A DNA stretch of 62,994 bases, the filler included, from Dimargaris cristalligena (taxonomy: Eukaryota), in the NCBI GenBank assembly GCA_003614675.1. It is 24 parts of 24 records of this genome, joined end to end, with 100 filler letters (N's around TTAATTAATTAA, not from the genome) between each part and the next. Parts side by side here need not be neighbours in the genome. Positions count along the whole stretch, not along the records: positions 1 to 2,573 come from ML004173.1; positions 2,674 to 5,245 come from ML004174.1; positions 5,346 to 7,914 come from ML004175.1; positions 8,015 to 10,571 come from ML004176.1; 20 more parts are not named here. One strand, written 5' to 3'. Each line of letters starts with the position of its first letter. Position 1 is the first letter of the stretch. Under the pieces are notes generated by a model. The model searched no databases, had not been told where the DNA came from, and was given only the letters and a program-made list of their open reading frames with translations. Shown here piece by piece: positions 1 to 10,518 of the stretch. The position numbers and the translations under genes were made by a program.

Positions 1-888
1 GACAAGCACTATAGTAATTGGCTGACGATCTACAACGAGCTGACGCAGGTAGCGGAGAAGGAGGATGGATTCAACGTTCTAATTGGAAACACGGCGGCGC
101 TGATGACGCCGGCTGCGACGATTCCGGCTGCGGAGCTTTACGTGCCTCTGATTTTCTGGTTCAACAGGAACCCGGGTCTTGCGCTGCCGCTGATTGCGCT
201 CATGTATCACGACGTCAAGATCAACATTTCCTTCCGCCCGGCTGTGAAGTTTTACAAAACTTCCAATAATAATCCGCTTGCCACCATACCGGTGCTCCAG
301 AATGTTTCACTTTACATCGATTATATCTTTTTAGAAGCACCGGAAAGAAGAATGTTCTCACAAATGAACCATGAGAACCTTATTGAGCAACTCCAGTTTG
401 ATAGAGAGGAGTCTTACTCGAATGCGAGCATCATGCAAAAGCTCAACTTTTCACACCCGACAAAAGAACTTATCTGGGTTATTCAACCGGATGTGAACGT
501 TGTCAGTGGTGTCAACAGGTGGATGGACTTTACCGACAACGGTACCGGTCCGAACCCGTACGCTGGAAACGACCCTCTAGTGGACGCCAAGATTCAGCTC
601 AACACTCACGACCGTATCAGCACCCGTGCCGCTGCATACTTCAATTTGCTGCAAGCTTACTACCACCACAGCAGGTGCCCCTCCACTGGTATCTACCTCT
701 ACTCATTCACTCTGGAGCCCGAAAAGCACCAGCCTTCTGGGTCAATCAATATGTCCCGTATTGAAGGTGTGAACCTGAAAATGACCCTGTCAACGGGCAC
801 TTCTCCGGTTCGTGTTTACCCGTACGCGGTGAATTACAACGTTCTCAGAATCACTTCAGGGATGGGTGGGTTGGCATACACAAATTAA
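1..888 (+). CDS. MCP: Nucleocytoviricota (NCLDV) double-jelly-roll major capsid protein, 5'-truncated at the contig start
   Basis: Frame 1 is open from base 1 (DKHYSNWLTIYNELT...). It contains the hallmark MCP motifs LYVPLIFWFNRNPGLALPLIAL, LIEQLQF, LNFSHPTKELIWV, GIYLYSFTLEPEKHQPSGSINMSRI and the C-terminus YAVNYNVLRITSGMGGLAYTN*. No introns. Confidence 0.97.
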   Translation, partial: DKHYSNWLTIYNELTQVAEKEDGFNVLIGNTAALMTPAATIPAAELYVPLIFWFNRNPGLALPLIALMYHDVKINISFRPAVKFYKTSNNNPLATIPVLQNVSLYIDYIFLEAPERRMFSQMNHENLIEQLQFDREESYSNASIMQKLNFSHPTKELIWVIQPDVNVVSGVNRWMDFTDNGTGPNPYAGNDPLVDAKIQLNTHDRISTRAAAYFNLLQAYYHHSRCPSTGIYLYSFTLEPEKHQPSGSINMSRIEGVNLKMTLSTGTSPVRVYPYAVNYNVLRITSGMGGLAYTN

Positions 889-922
889 AGTAACATCTGA
901 AGTCAGAATGTGTTCGGGAAAT

Positions 923-1132
923 GGATAATTTAGAAAAACAGAAAAAAAGGAATGCAAAACACAAACATCAAAATAATGCTTATGTTTTATACCTAAAGTT
1001 GCTTCCTATTCTATCGATAGAGGATTCAAAATTATGCAAATATTCAAAGGATGAGCAAGTTGAATAATTTTAAAAAAACACAACAAAAAGAGTGCAAAAC
1101 ACAAACATTCAAATATGATTATGCTTTATACT
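923..1132 (+). repeat. Imperfect ~70-bp direct repeat downstream of MCP (923-993 and 1062-1132)
   Basis: GATAATTTAGAAAAACA...TGCAAAACACAAACATCAAAATAATGCTTATGTTTTATAC versus GAATAATTTTAAAAAAACA...TGCAAAACACAAACATTCAAATATGATTATGCTTTATAC. Confidence 0.8.
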
Positions 1133-1701
1133 TTCGTAATTATTGATATGATTATCTCGACGATATGTCAACGAATGTATATTTTTCATCAAATGAAAGC
1201 ATTCGGAAGCTGCTCGATGGGGATGTTTCGTTGATGTTGAAAAGTTTCACAGCAAGAAGTGAAGGCGATACGAAAATTTCTTTCAATAAATTTTTATGGG
1301 GCATTCCACATCAAAGTGGATCAGTCGTACGAATAAAAAGATGAGCAAGATTATCAATAGTGAAACAAAACGGCTTTTAAAATCAAACTAGGGCAAATGT
1401 AATGTTCACAGTTTGTTTTTATCGATAAATATAATTAAAAGCTATAAATATTTTGGGAAAACACTCCTTTTGTATTAATAAAACCTACAGACAGTGTTTC
1501 ACGACTCGGGAAAGTGCCGAAAAGCTTAAGGAAAAAACTCTGACCATGATTGAATCCAGTATTCATTCATTTACTTGCGATACTTGCAATACTTGCAAAA
1601 AAATGGGATTTGAAATTTATGTCAACGGATCGCAAAATTTTCAGAAAGTGCGTGCAAAGAAAACTGATATAGATTCACAGAGCACAAAAACCGGCAAACA
1701 T

Positions 1702-2573
1702 TCATTTTTTGTAACGAAAATACCATCCGCGACACGGAATATTTTTGTCAACAATGTTCTTGAATGTAGTACGTGATATTTGGAAATTTTTAATGACGTT
1801 TTGAATGGAATCATATTGCTCTTCCACACAACCATTAAAAGATTTCATTCTTTCAATTCGTATTCCTTTAACTTCCCTATCAGGCAATGTATTATTTGCC
1901 AACCATGCCTGTCTTAGTTCCTCCGAGCAATCATTGTACATTTTGTAAATATGACCGTGAGATGGTGTTCCGTTTTTAATGGCATTGCTCATTGCTGATT
2001 TCGAAGACAGTTGTGCTTCTCGTGCAGCGGATATTTGATCTGGAAAGACACTTTTAATCACGGTAGCATGTTTGTCTAACTTGGCTACCAGACCTATCTT
2101 TGGCTGACGCACATCTTTGTTTGTAGGTGGCATATCTGGCTGAATTATGGTTTCATCCTGTCCAGGTAATATTTTGAACCAACGATAGCCTTTATAGATG
2201 CTGCAATTTTCTATAGCCTTTTTGATTGGTGAAGCAGCTGAATTCTTGAAAACGCGCGAAGCGTGTATCTCTCCGGAATAAACCGCTTTCAAAACAAATC
2301 CGTCCGGTGTTTCCGCTATTCTCTGAATTTTATAGCCACGACTATTCATTCTTGTTTTGATTTCATATTCCATGCCAGAAGAAGGAATTGTAATATGTAT
2401 TTCCCCTTCCGAAGAACAATTGTTTATTTCGTTTTGTTCGGCACTGTCTTCTGTTTCATTTTGTTCGTCTTCCTGAGATAGAGTTTCTTCATGAAGAGAA
2501 TGATTCAAATTCTGGTCATAAGGAGGAGGTTGAATAGACAATTTTGCAATTTCCAATTCGAGAAACTTTTGTT
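1702..2573 (-). CDS. Viral protein with three C-terminal NUMOD1/IENR1-like DNA-binding repeats (resembles NCLDV Bro-N-associated proteins), 5'-truncated
   Basis: Frame is open to the contig end. Three ~55-aa repeats end in IKKAIENCSIYKGYRWF, MSNAIKNGTPSHGHIY and FKNIVDKNIPCRGWYF. Intronless, AT-rich, convergent with MCP. Confidence 0.7.
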
Positions 2574-2673
2574 NNNNNNNNNNNNNNNNNNNNNNNNNNN
2601 NNNNNNNNNNNNNNNNNTTAATTAATTAANNNNNNNNNNNNNNNNNNNNNNNNNNNNNNNNNNNNNNNNNNNN
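2574..2673. other. Artificial contig spacer (N44-TTAATTAATTAA-N44), first of 23
   Basis: The same 100-nt spacer with stops in all six frames recurs about every 2.6 kb. Contig lengths fall from 2573 to 2486 nt. Confidence 0.99.
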
Positions 2674-4500
2674 CTGATCCAAGACTCTTCCAGTTCCCAT
2701 GAGAGTCTTCCCAAGGCAAAGCCATCCAGTTGGATTCCTTACCTATCCACACCTTAGTCTCAGTAGTATTTTCCTAGGGACCTTCCTCTGGAGCTGTCCC
2801 CACATATATATAACCAAGCCCCCACTGGGATTGGTTCAATTCCTTAGCTTATCCATACCCCCCAGTTTACCCTAATAAACTCTATATATGCTCACTATTG
2901 TGCCAGTGTTTTGAGGTACCTCCATTCTGGGATTAAGGCTGGGGTTGAACTCCCCACTCCCCCCTGGGCTGGAAGGTTCACCAGATGTTAGTTTCAAGGG
3001 GTCAGTGCCTGGGTGGAACATAGAGAACTTGGGAAATGGTCCTTCAGCTAGTCAGATTTGCTCAGAGCTGTTATCAGAGGTTGAACTGGGGTATGGTGGA
3101 AAATGTTCCATGTGAATCAATCCTAGACTCCCATTGTTAGAGTTAGGTACTGGAGGAGCCATGGTGGCTATGTACTAATGAACTGGTTGTAAAAAAAAAT
3201 AGAGTAAAATAAAAGTAGGTAAAAAATGTGGTAAGTTCACCACACCGAGGATAGGCTTCTAATGGTAGGTAAGGCTTAGGCTTGGCCAAGTGGTCTCTAG
3301 CATTAGGATAGGGACATGGTACTAACCAATAAAGGATAATGCAGGTAAATGTCAGGGATATGCAGCAGGCACACTTACTAGTTAGTACAAGGGGGGTGAG
3401 TATACTACCATAGGCAAAGATAGTATTCCCCTTCCATGGGACAAACTAGGTGTTTTCCCTCACCATATGATGCCTACACATGCCAAAACCCACCACTACA
3501 CATCTTAAGTGGGTAAATGGAAGATCCTGTTTTGATGATCATTGTTTTGCCCTGGCCACTTCCATTTTTTGACTGACCTGCTACTCATTTCTATCTTTAT
3601 TAACTGCATGATTCTGGATAAGTCAGCAGGACTAAGCCTTCACATTGGCATAAGAGAGCAACATCAAAGTTCTCCCTTATTTATATCTTATTTTCCATGA
3701 ATGCCTCAGAGGATCTGTGGTATTCTTATCTTCTAATTTCCATTCTTCCATATCTCTTTTCCCCTTTTTCACATATCTTTTAAACTTAAAGACCCAACCA
3801 GTTTTCCCCTTTGTGGTTTTATGGTTGTTAGTCCATTTAAGGACATGGTCCAAATGTCATAATACATGTTTAGTTCATGTTTTCATTATATATATATTAA
3901 CTTCACCCAGTATCAGCCAAAGACTTCAACCAGAAGTTGATTTTATGTTTTTCTTATACCTTTTATTTACTCTATTTTTTTTTACAACCAGTTCATTAGT
4001 ACATAGCCACCATGGCTCCTCCAGTACCTAACTCTAACAATGGGAGTCTAGGATTGATTCACATGGAACATTTTCCACCATACCCCAGTTCAACCTCTGA
4101 TAACAGCTCTGAGCAAATCTGACTAGCTGAAGGACCATTTCCCAAGTTCTCTATGTTCCACCCAGGCACTGACCCCTTGAAACTAACATCTGGTGAACCT
4201 TCCAGCCCAGGGGGGAGTGGGGAGTTCAACCCCAGCCTTAATCCCAGAATGGAGGTACCTCAAAACACTGGCACAATAGTGAGCATATATAGAGTTTATT
4301 AGGGTAAACTGGGGGGTATGGATAAGCTAAGGAATTGAACCAATCCCAGTGGGGGCTTGGTTATATATATGTGGGGACAGCTCCAGAGGAAGGTCCCTAG
4401 GAAAATACTACTGAGACTAAGGTGTGGATAGGTAAGGAATCCAACTGGATGGCTTTGCCTTGGGAAGACTCTCATGGGAACTGGAAGAGTCTTGGATCAG
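2674..4500. repeat. 535-bp perfect inverted duplication (2674-3208 / 3966-4500), probable amplification fold-back chimera
   Basis: The contig start CTGATCCAAGACTCTTCC... is the exact reverse complement of ...GGAAGAGTCTTGGATCAG ending at 4500. The arms look identical although they consist of old, decayed repeats. Confidence 0.9.
3401..4278. mobile_element. 878-bp element (probable solo LTR, family E) nested in a family-A LTR, 5-bp TSD GTGAG
   Basis: GTGAG at 3396-3400 and 4279-4283. Termini TATACTACCA...TGGCACAATA. Homologous copy at 55735-56689. Confidence 0.7.
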
Positions 4501-4671
4501 TGAGTTGAGTATTTGGGGTGCAAAGCATTGGGGTCAAATGAGTGGGGTTATAAATAAAGGATGACCCCATAGGACCAGGGGTGACTATGGGAGGGTTAAT
4601 ATGGCACTATAAGGCCTAATAAGGATGGATAATTGTTAAGTCCAGATTAAGTCAGATTAGGAAGGCTAACA
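4279..4671 (-). mobile_element. Family-A LTR, remainder after the nested insertion (other part at about 3245-3400)
   Basis: Matches the copies at 19659-20240, 42388-42972 and 45938-46519. Confidence 0.8.
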
Positions 4672-5045
4672 AAAGGTAATGGGGATTCTGAGAGGGCCCT
4701 GTAGGGATGTAGTAGTTGATGAGACATATGCCAGGTGCCCCCCAAAAGCGAGAATTAGGGAAATAGGGGATGATGAGTGGTAGTAGAGCAGGGGTGAGAA
4801 AGGCCCTAAACTATGATGGCTTCTTTTGTTAATATAAAGCCAAATTTATAGTTAGTATCAAATTATCGTCTATCTCCAGGTGGGTTAGAGTTGCTGTAGA
4901 TCAGAGCCCAATGGTTAGGCTGATTGAACTAGGGTGATTTACATCTATAAATGCCTCAACAATGAATAGTAGTAATAAATGGGGAATGGTCACCCCAAAT
5001 TCACTTCTCCCCCTCCCACCCTAGTCACCAAATAACCAGTTTCAA

Positions 5046-5245
5046 TGTCACCCCTCCTAATCCGGCCTAATCCATCCACTAATGATTGCCGTTATAGTAG
5101 GCCATATAGCACCATATTGTACCCCCAGTCCTAATGGGCCGGACATCATATATCATCTTACCAGCTGGACCCCCCCCAGAGTTCACACTACTCACTCCTA
5201 GGTGATCTTAGTGTCTTCCAGTTCCCATGGAAGCCTCTGCTTGTA
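5046..5245 (+). mobile_element. Family-A-related LTR start, truncated by the contig end
   Basis: TGTCACCCCTCCTAATCCGGCCTAATCC matches the LTR start TGTCGCCCCTCCTAATCCGTCCTAATCC after the integrase at 31918 (minus strand). Confidence 0.75.
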
Positions 5246-5345
5246 NNNNNNNNNNNNNNNNNNNNNNNNNNNNNNNNNNNNNNNNNNNNTTAATTAATTA
5301 ANNNNNNNNNNNNNNNNNNNNNNNNNNNNNNNNNNNNNNNNNNNN

Positions 5346-5433
5346 AGAAAAAAAGCCACTTCATACCCTGCATAATAATAATAATAGTAATATAATTAGT
5401 GTGGCTTATAGGGGGACAGTACACCTTGCCACA
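5346..5433 (-). mobile_element. Family-B LTR end inserted into a Gypsy integrase
   Basis: Begins TGTGGCAAGGT on the minus strand. Matches 24531-24614. Interrupts the pol frame after PFDLEEW. Confidence 0.7.
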
Positions 5434-7860
5434 CCACTCCTCTAGATCGAACGGCAGGGTACAGTCTTGCCCATAGACTAAACGGTAAGGGCTGAATCCC
5501 GTCGTGGCTTTCACAGTAGTCCTGTCCGCCCAGAGCGCTGTATGCAGAAACGTAGGCCATTTCTCGGGTTGGTCGCGACACAACTTCTTCAGGCAACCGA
5601 CAAGGTCTCGATGGCCATGCTCAATCATGCCATTTGTCTGCGGATGGTAAGTGGTCATGAACTTCAGGGTAAACCCATCCTGTCGAGTGGCCCTTGCCAC
5701 TATCTTTCCCCATAATTCTCCACGATCGGCCAGAGTTTCTCCAGGGATACCGAACCGCGAGATGACATCGTCATACAGAAATTGGTACATGGTGGCGCTA
5801 CACTTATCGATGAGGGCACGCGCTTCCACCCAGCCCGTCAAGTCATCCCGGGCTACTGCGAGATATCGGTGTCCTTCTGTTGCCTCTTCGAGTTCCGTGA
5901 GATCGATTCCTATCCGGCTGAAGAGAGTGGATCCAATTGTCACCTTGAGGGGTACTTGAACGGTCCCGTAGGGGTTGTGCTGACACAAGTCACAAGTGCG
6001 GATGACTTGCTCCACGTCTCTATAGAGCTTAGGCCAGAAAAATCGACTGGCACACATGCGATACGTAGCTTTTACACCTCGGTGACCGCTAGGGTGTCCC
6101 CCGTGTATGCTGGTCACCACTCGGATTCGTTCATCGGGATTACTGATGACTCGTCGTGGCAATCCGAGTCTCTCGCGTTTGAACAACACTCCATGGCTCA
6201 TTAGATACTGTGAACTCTGGCGTCGGATTCCGGCTCGCTGCTGTGGTTGAGTGTCTTCTGGGAAAGTTCCTTCCTGGAGGAACCGAATGATTGCCTCAAA
6301 ATCCCCGCCGTCACGTTGACGGGCTTGTTTCACTTCGCTGACTCCGAGGTAGTCGCCAGGATCTGTTAACACCTCGATTTTCACGGTATTCACACCCGTG
6401 CTTCCGAAACCGTCTTCTCCTCTGTCACCAATGAGGTCCTCCTGCGGTACCCGAATCATCTCAGGCACAGCAAAGTGCTCTAGCACGAGCTGAGCGACAC
6501 GGTCTCCTTGGTGAAGGTCTTGAACTCTGTTGGACTCGTTCGATAAAATGATGCAGATTTCGCCTATGTATCCTGGGTCAACGACTCCCCCCCCCACTCG
6601 AAATCCTCGAAGTGCCAGACTACTGCGGTCGGCGACTCGGATATATGTTCCCTGGGGCAGAGTGCAGTGCAACCCTGTTGGGATGCGCTTCACCTCGCGT
6701 GGCTCAAAACGCGCATCTATGCGAGTGGTCACATCAAATCCCGCATCGGTTGGGTGTTTTAGACTAGGTAGGGGCATACCATCTCGTAAGTATACCTTCA
6801 GCTGGCCGACTTGAGGTGGTTCTCCCAGCCCCTTTGTTGGCAGTCGACTGAGCGCGTCAGCCACTGGATTGTCGACCCCCTTGATGTGGCGGATCTCGAA
6901 ATCAAATATCTTCAAGTATCCTATCCATCGGCTAGCTACATCTCCAGGTAAGTCGGGACAGTTGATTAACCCAATGAGAGGTTGCGCATCTATCTCCAAG
7001 ATGAAGAAAGTGCCGTATAAGTAGCGCTGCAACTTCTTCACCATCATGTAAGTGGCAAACAGCTCACGCTTGATCTGGGCGTATCGACGCTCCCGCTCCG
7101 AGAACAGGTAGCTCTCGTACCATACCACGTATTGATTTCCTTCGTCATCCGCTTGTCCTAGCACTGCTCCCGCACCGGTAGGACTGGCATCGGTAGTGAG
7201 CACAAGAGGAGGAGCGTCCTTCCCGTACCTAGGGTTCTTAATGAGCGGTGCCTGTGTGAGAGCCTTCTTCAAGGTCGTAAACGCTTCTTTGTGTTCTGGG
7301 CCCCAATGGTACTGGATCCACTGTCGGGTCAGGGCATAGAGGGGTCCCGCTATTATCGAGAAATGAGGTATCCAGATTCGCAAGAACTCACACGTGGCGA
7401 TAAAGGATCACACTTCCTTCGCGTTCGTCGGCCGGGTCCATGCAAGCACCGCAGCTATCTTGGAGTCCGTCGGACATCTTCCCTCAGTGGTACACATGTA
7501 CCCGAGTACCTCGACTTTTGTCATACCAAAGGCCGACTTCATGCCACTGATGACTAGCCCGCTCTTCTGCAAGTCGGTAAGCACTTCGACTACGTCGTTT
7601 GCATGACAGATTACCTTTCGCCGAATTCCGGTGACCTCTTCTTCTCCGACTTGCTTCAGCAATCGGGTCTTCACCACTCCATTGTCCACGAATAGGGACA
7701 AGCGATCCGGCATGTGCCAATGGAGTACAGAGGTTAACACTCGTTGAAATGTACTTACGCTGTTAGCCCAGCCCATGGGTAACCGAGTCATCTGGACCAG
7801 ACCTATGGGTGTGTTGATAGCGAAGATATCTCGGTGTAAAGAACTGAAATCAAATCCTTG
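5434..7860 (-). mobile_element. pol: Ty3/Gypsy pol (RT - RNase H - dUTPase - integrase), pseudogenised
   Basis: RT motifs RLPMGWANS and FVDNG (expected xxDD). In-frame TGA at 7408-7410. RNase H LTTDASPTGAGAVL...NPVADALSR. Integrase H-x-GHRG...CDLC, GIDL, ADRGE, HPQTNGMIE. Confidence 0.92.
6390..6800 (-). CDS. dut: Trimeric dUTPase domain in frame within Gypsy pol
   Basis: All five dUTPase motifs in order: AGFDV, RSSLA, GVVDPGYIGE, GDRVAQL, RGEDGFGSTG. Boundaries approximate. Confidence 0.93.
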
Positions 7861-8014
7861 TTTCACATTGAATTTATTGGTTACCCGAGTATTACCTATC
7901 CTTTGACATAAACCNNNNNNNNNNNNNNNNNNNNNNNNNNNNNNNNNNNNNNNNNNNNTTAATTAATTAANNNNNNNNNNNNNNNNNNNNNNNNNNNNNN
8001 NNNNNNNNNNNNNN

Positions 8015-8410
8015 ATCATGGAAGCTAGCCAGTGAAACACACTTGTCGTCAACAGGGAATGCATTTCCAACGACGGGGCCAACCTCATTGTTAGGCGACA
8101 CGCATGTTTGTAAACGATCCACGATATCGCGTAACTGCATACCTATACGATCCAGTTCGTCGCCGTTTAGAGATTCAAACACAGATTTGAGGGTAACCCC
8201 AGGCACATGTTCCATCTCGATGATAAATCCTTCGTCGGTTGACTCGTATGCTCGGATGACCCGTGGGACTGGAACACCCACCGAACGAGCCATATCCATC
8301 ATTTGGACCTCATGTTGTGCCACTCGGGAACCCTTCTTAATCACCACGCCGTTGTCGGATAATAGAACGGTCGCACCCGGCTGCTTGGCAAGTAAAATGG
8401 TATTATCCTA
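8015..8410 (-). CDS. APH/choline-kinase-like phosphotransferase, partial exon
   Basis: VIKKG...EVQMM...VPVPRV...IEMEHVPGVTL pattern of APH-like kinases. The frame starts after a TAG splice acceptor and runs off the contig. Confidence 0.65.
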
Positions 8411-9231
8411 CACGTTTAATGGGTATTGAATGTAAATAGTAATGGGTAATTCACAATGCCGGTGGTATATTGTATAATTAATACCCCTAGCAGCAATAAT
8501 GGAACTCACCACCCTCTCGATTTAGCGGAGTCTATTGGTGAACTAATTAGATGTAGTATGCAAAGGGGTGGCAGAGATGAACTTACGGAGTCGGCCGCCT
8601 TGTTGAGGATGCGTTTGGCGTTTTCTGCCTCGATTTCGGAAGCAGAGAGGGGGAGTTGGTCGTCCATGCTGAATGGAATTGACCGAGTCGAAAGTGGAGT
8701 AAGCGAGCGTGTGGAGGCTGTAAAGCAGAGGGGGGGTCAGAGGCAAGCGTAATGCAATAGCCCGGAAATGGAATTAAGCCAACGGCCAAAAATGAAATGG
8801 AGGCAGACGGGTGGGATAGTCAGAAGGCTTAATAAGATGATGTGTGCGAAATTCGGCCTGGCTGCATAAGTCTTTAAAGGACATATGTATGGGAAAATAG
8901 GCGGGATATTTATTTTTAACTAGTAGTATTTACCACATCAAATGGACTTTTCGTTATACAGCTTGACAATCCCTTTCCCATATGAATCAAAATAATGGAC
9001 AATGAATAAGCCCGCGCTGCTCCATAGTAACGACATCAATATCCAAGTTGGTAGAGCTTAGCGAGATTCTAGTTTATTTTATACAGGAACTATAGTATAA
9101 TTGATTTCAGCGCCATGTAGACAGAAAGGGTAATGGTCAGTTTATTCAGGGCATCGTGCAATAGGAAAGTAAACGATATATAATAAACACGACACAGTTT
9201 GGTGGCTCAAAATGGTTAAGGACATTTCTTA

Positions 9232-10518
9232 TCAATGTTGCGAATACAATTGCTGCTTAATTTGACTATTCATTTTCTCGACGTATTTTTCCATGCTTTC
9301 TTTGGTCGATTCGATGTCACTCGGAAGGTCGATTTTACCAATAGTAAGGTGCTGCGAGGCCTGGCTTTTGAACTGGCGGAAATCTTCACAGCGATAGCCT
9401 TCTTTATCCGTCAAATACTGAAGCGTCACGGCCTGGTTACCAACATCCCAATCTAAAGCGTAGATAAAGAGGGGTGTCGATATGGTTACAGCTCTAGATA
9501 TAGCGTAGGAAAGTTTTTGATTGTTTCTTTTTTCCCTCTCTTTTCCATCTATTTCGGCGGTGGTTGGCAAGCTGCGAAGTAAAGTGTTTTTATATTGGTT
9601 GAAGGCATCCCTCCATTTTTTCGGATTCGACTCTTGGAGGTTTGTCGGCTGGTGGAAAACTATCCCCGAAAGAAATCGGCATTTCATAATTATTCCTTCG
9701 AGGATTGCTTGTTCCATGTGGCTCGAATGATCGAGGTTAACGTCAGCGGATAAACCATAAGATGTCTGCTGGTCATTAGTACTGGTCTGTCCCGTTTGCA
9801 ATTCGATAGGTGGATTCGCCGAGCTGGTGCCAATTAATGATCCAACTGGAACCTTGGGTGCGCCTGAATATCCTACCTCAGCCATGCTATTGTAGTATAC
9901 GTTCGTGGCCGAACCATGGGATGTCACCATTGGGTTAGTCCCATGCCTATCAATATTAAAGTCACCCTCCACTGGCTGGTAGAATTTCCTCGGATTCGGT
10001 TGAATATGGCGTTGCCCTGGATTAAGGCTGACACTTGGCCATAGGCCTGCCTGTTGAAGTTCAGCTAATGTATTTTGCCAATCGGGATCATCAGGGTCAG
10101 GGTGACTAGTCGTGGCTCCCTCTGGGTCACTTTCAAGTGCAGCCTTGAGTTGGTCGAAGGTGAGTTTGTTGGGGCCAGATTGACCGGCGTCGGGGAACCC
10201 ATTCCCCGTGGGTTCATATGGATATAGGGGACTAGTGCTTTCTAACTCCGGGGTATAGAGAAGATCCATCACAATGTCTGGCCAATGATGATCACCATCA
10301 TTTTGGCCACCAGCGGTGCCCTGCGGTTGGTTTGATGGGATATAACCGGAGTAACTGGGAAGCGGGGTGCCCATGCTCGACAACGATAAGCTACTGGCCA
10401 TTAGACATGCCATCGCCCAGCCAATTTTACTAATGATAATTTTGGCGATTATTTTGGAGAGTGGGGAAGGTAAGACTAGGTAGGGTGGAGATAAGGGGAA
10501 TGAAGTACAATATACCAA
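9232..10518 (-). CDS. Hypothetical protein, possibly secreted; start uncertain
   Basis: 428-codon open frame with a hydrophobic stretch near the N-terminus (GWAMACLMASSLSLSSMG). No recognisable domain. Confidence 0.55.
   Translation of the reverse strand: MVYCTSFPLSPPYLVLPSPLSKIIAKIIISKIGWAMACLMASSLSLSSMGTPLPSYSGYIPSNQPQGTAGGQNDGDHHWPDIVMDLLYTPELESTSPLYPYEPTGNGFPDAGQSGPNKLTFDQLKAALESDPEGATTSHPDPDDPDWQNTLAELQQAGLWPSVSLNPGQRHIQPNPRKFYQPVEGDFNIDRHGTNPMVTSHGSATNVYYNSMAEVGYSGAPKVPVGSLIGTSSANPPIELQTGQTSTNDQQTSYGLSADVNLDHSSHMEQAILEGIIMKCRFLSGIVFHQPTNLQESNPKKWRDAFNQYKNTLLRSLPTTAEIDGKEREKRNNQKLSYAISRAVTISTPLFIYALDWDVGNQAVTLQYLTDKEGYRCEDFRQFKSQASQHLTIGKIDLPSDIESTKESMEKYVEKMNSQIKQQLYSQH

Noticed and set aside
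1165-1776. Short ORFs 1165-1344 (59 aa) and 1453-1776 (TTG start) after MCP
   Set aside because: No recognisable motifs; the second overlaps the convergent gene. They may be remnants but cannot be supported.
2574-2673. Periodic TTAATTAATTAA motif about every 2.6 kb
   Set aside because: Artificial spacer inside N runs; not a biological repeat or CRISPR array.
2674-4500. Long-TIR transposon or hairpin locus
   Set aside because: Arms are identical despite being made of old decayed repeats, begin exactly at the contig start and cut across element boundaries. A fold-back chimera is the simpler explanation.
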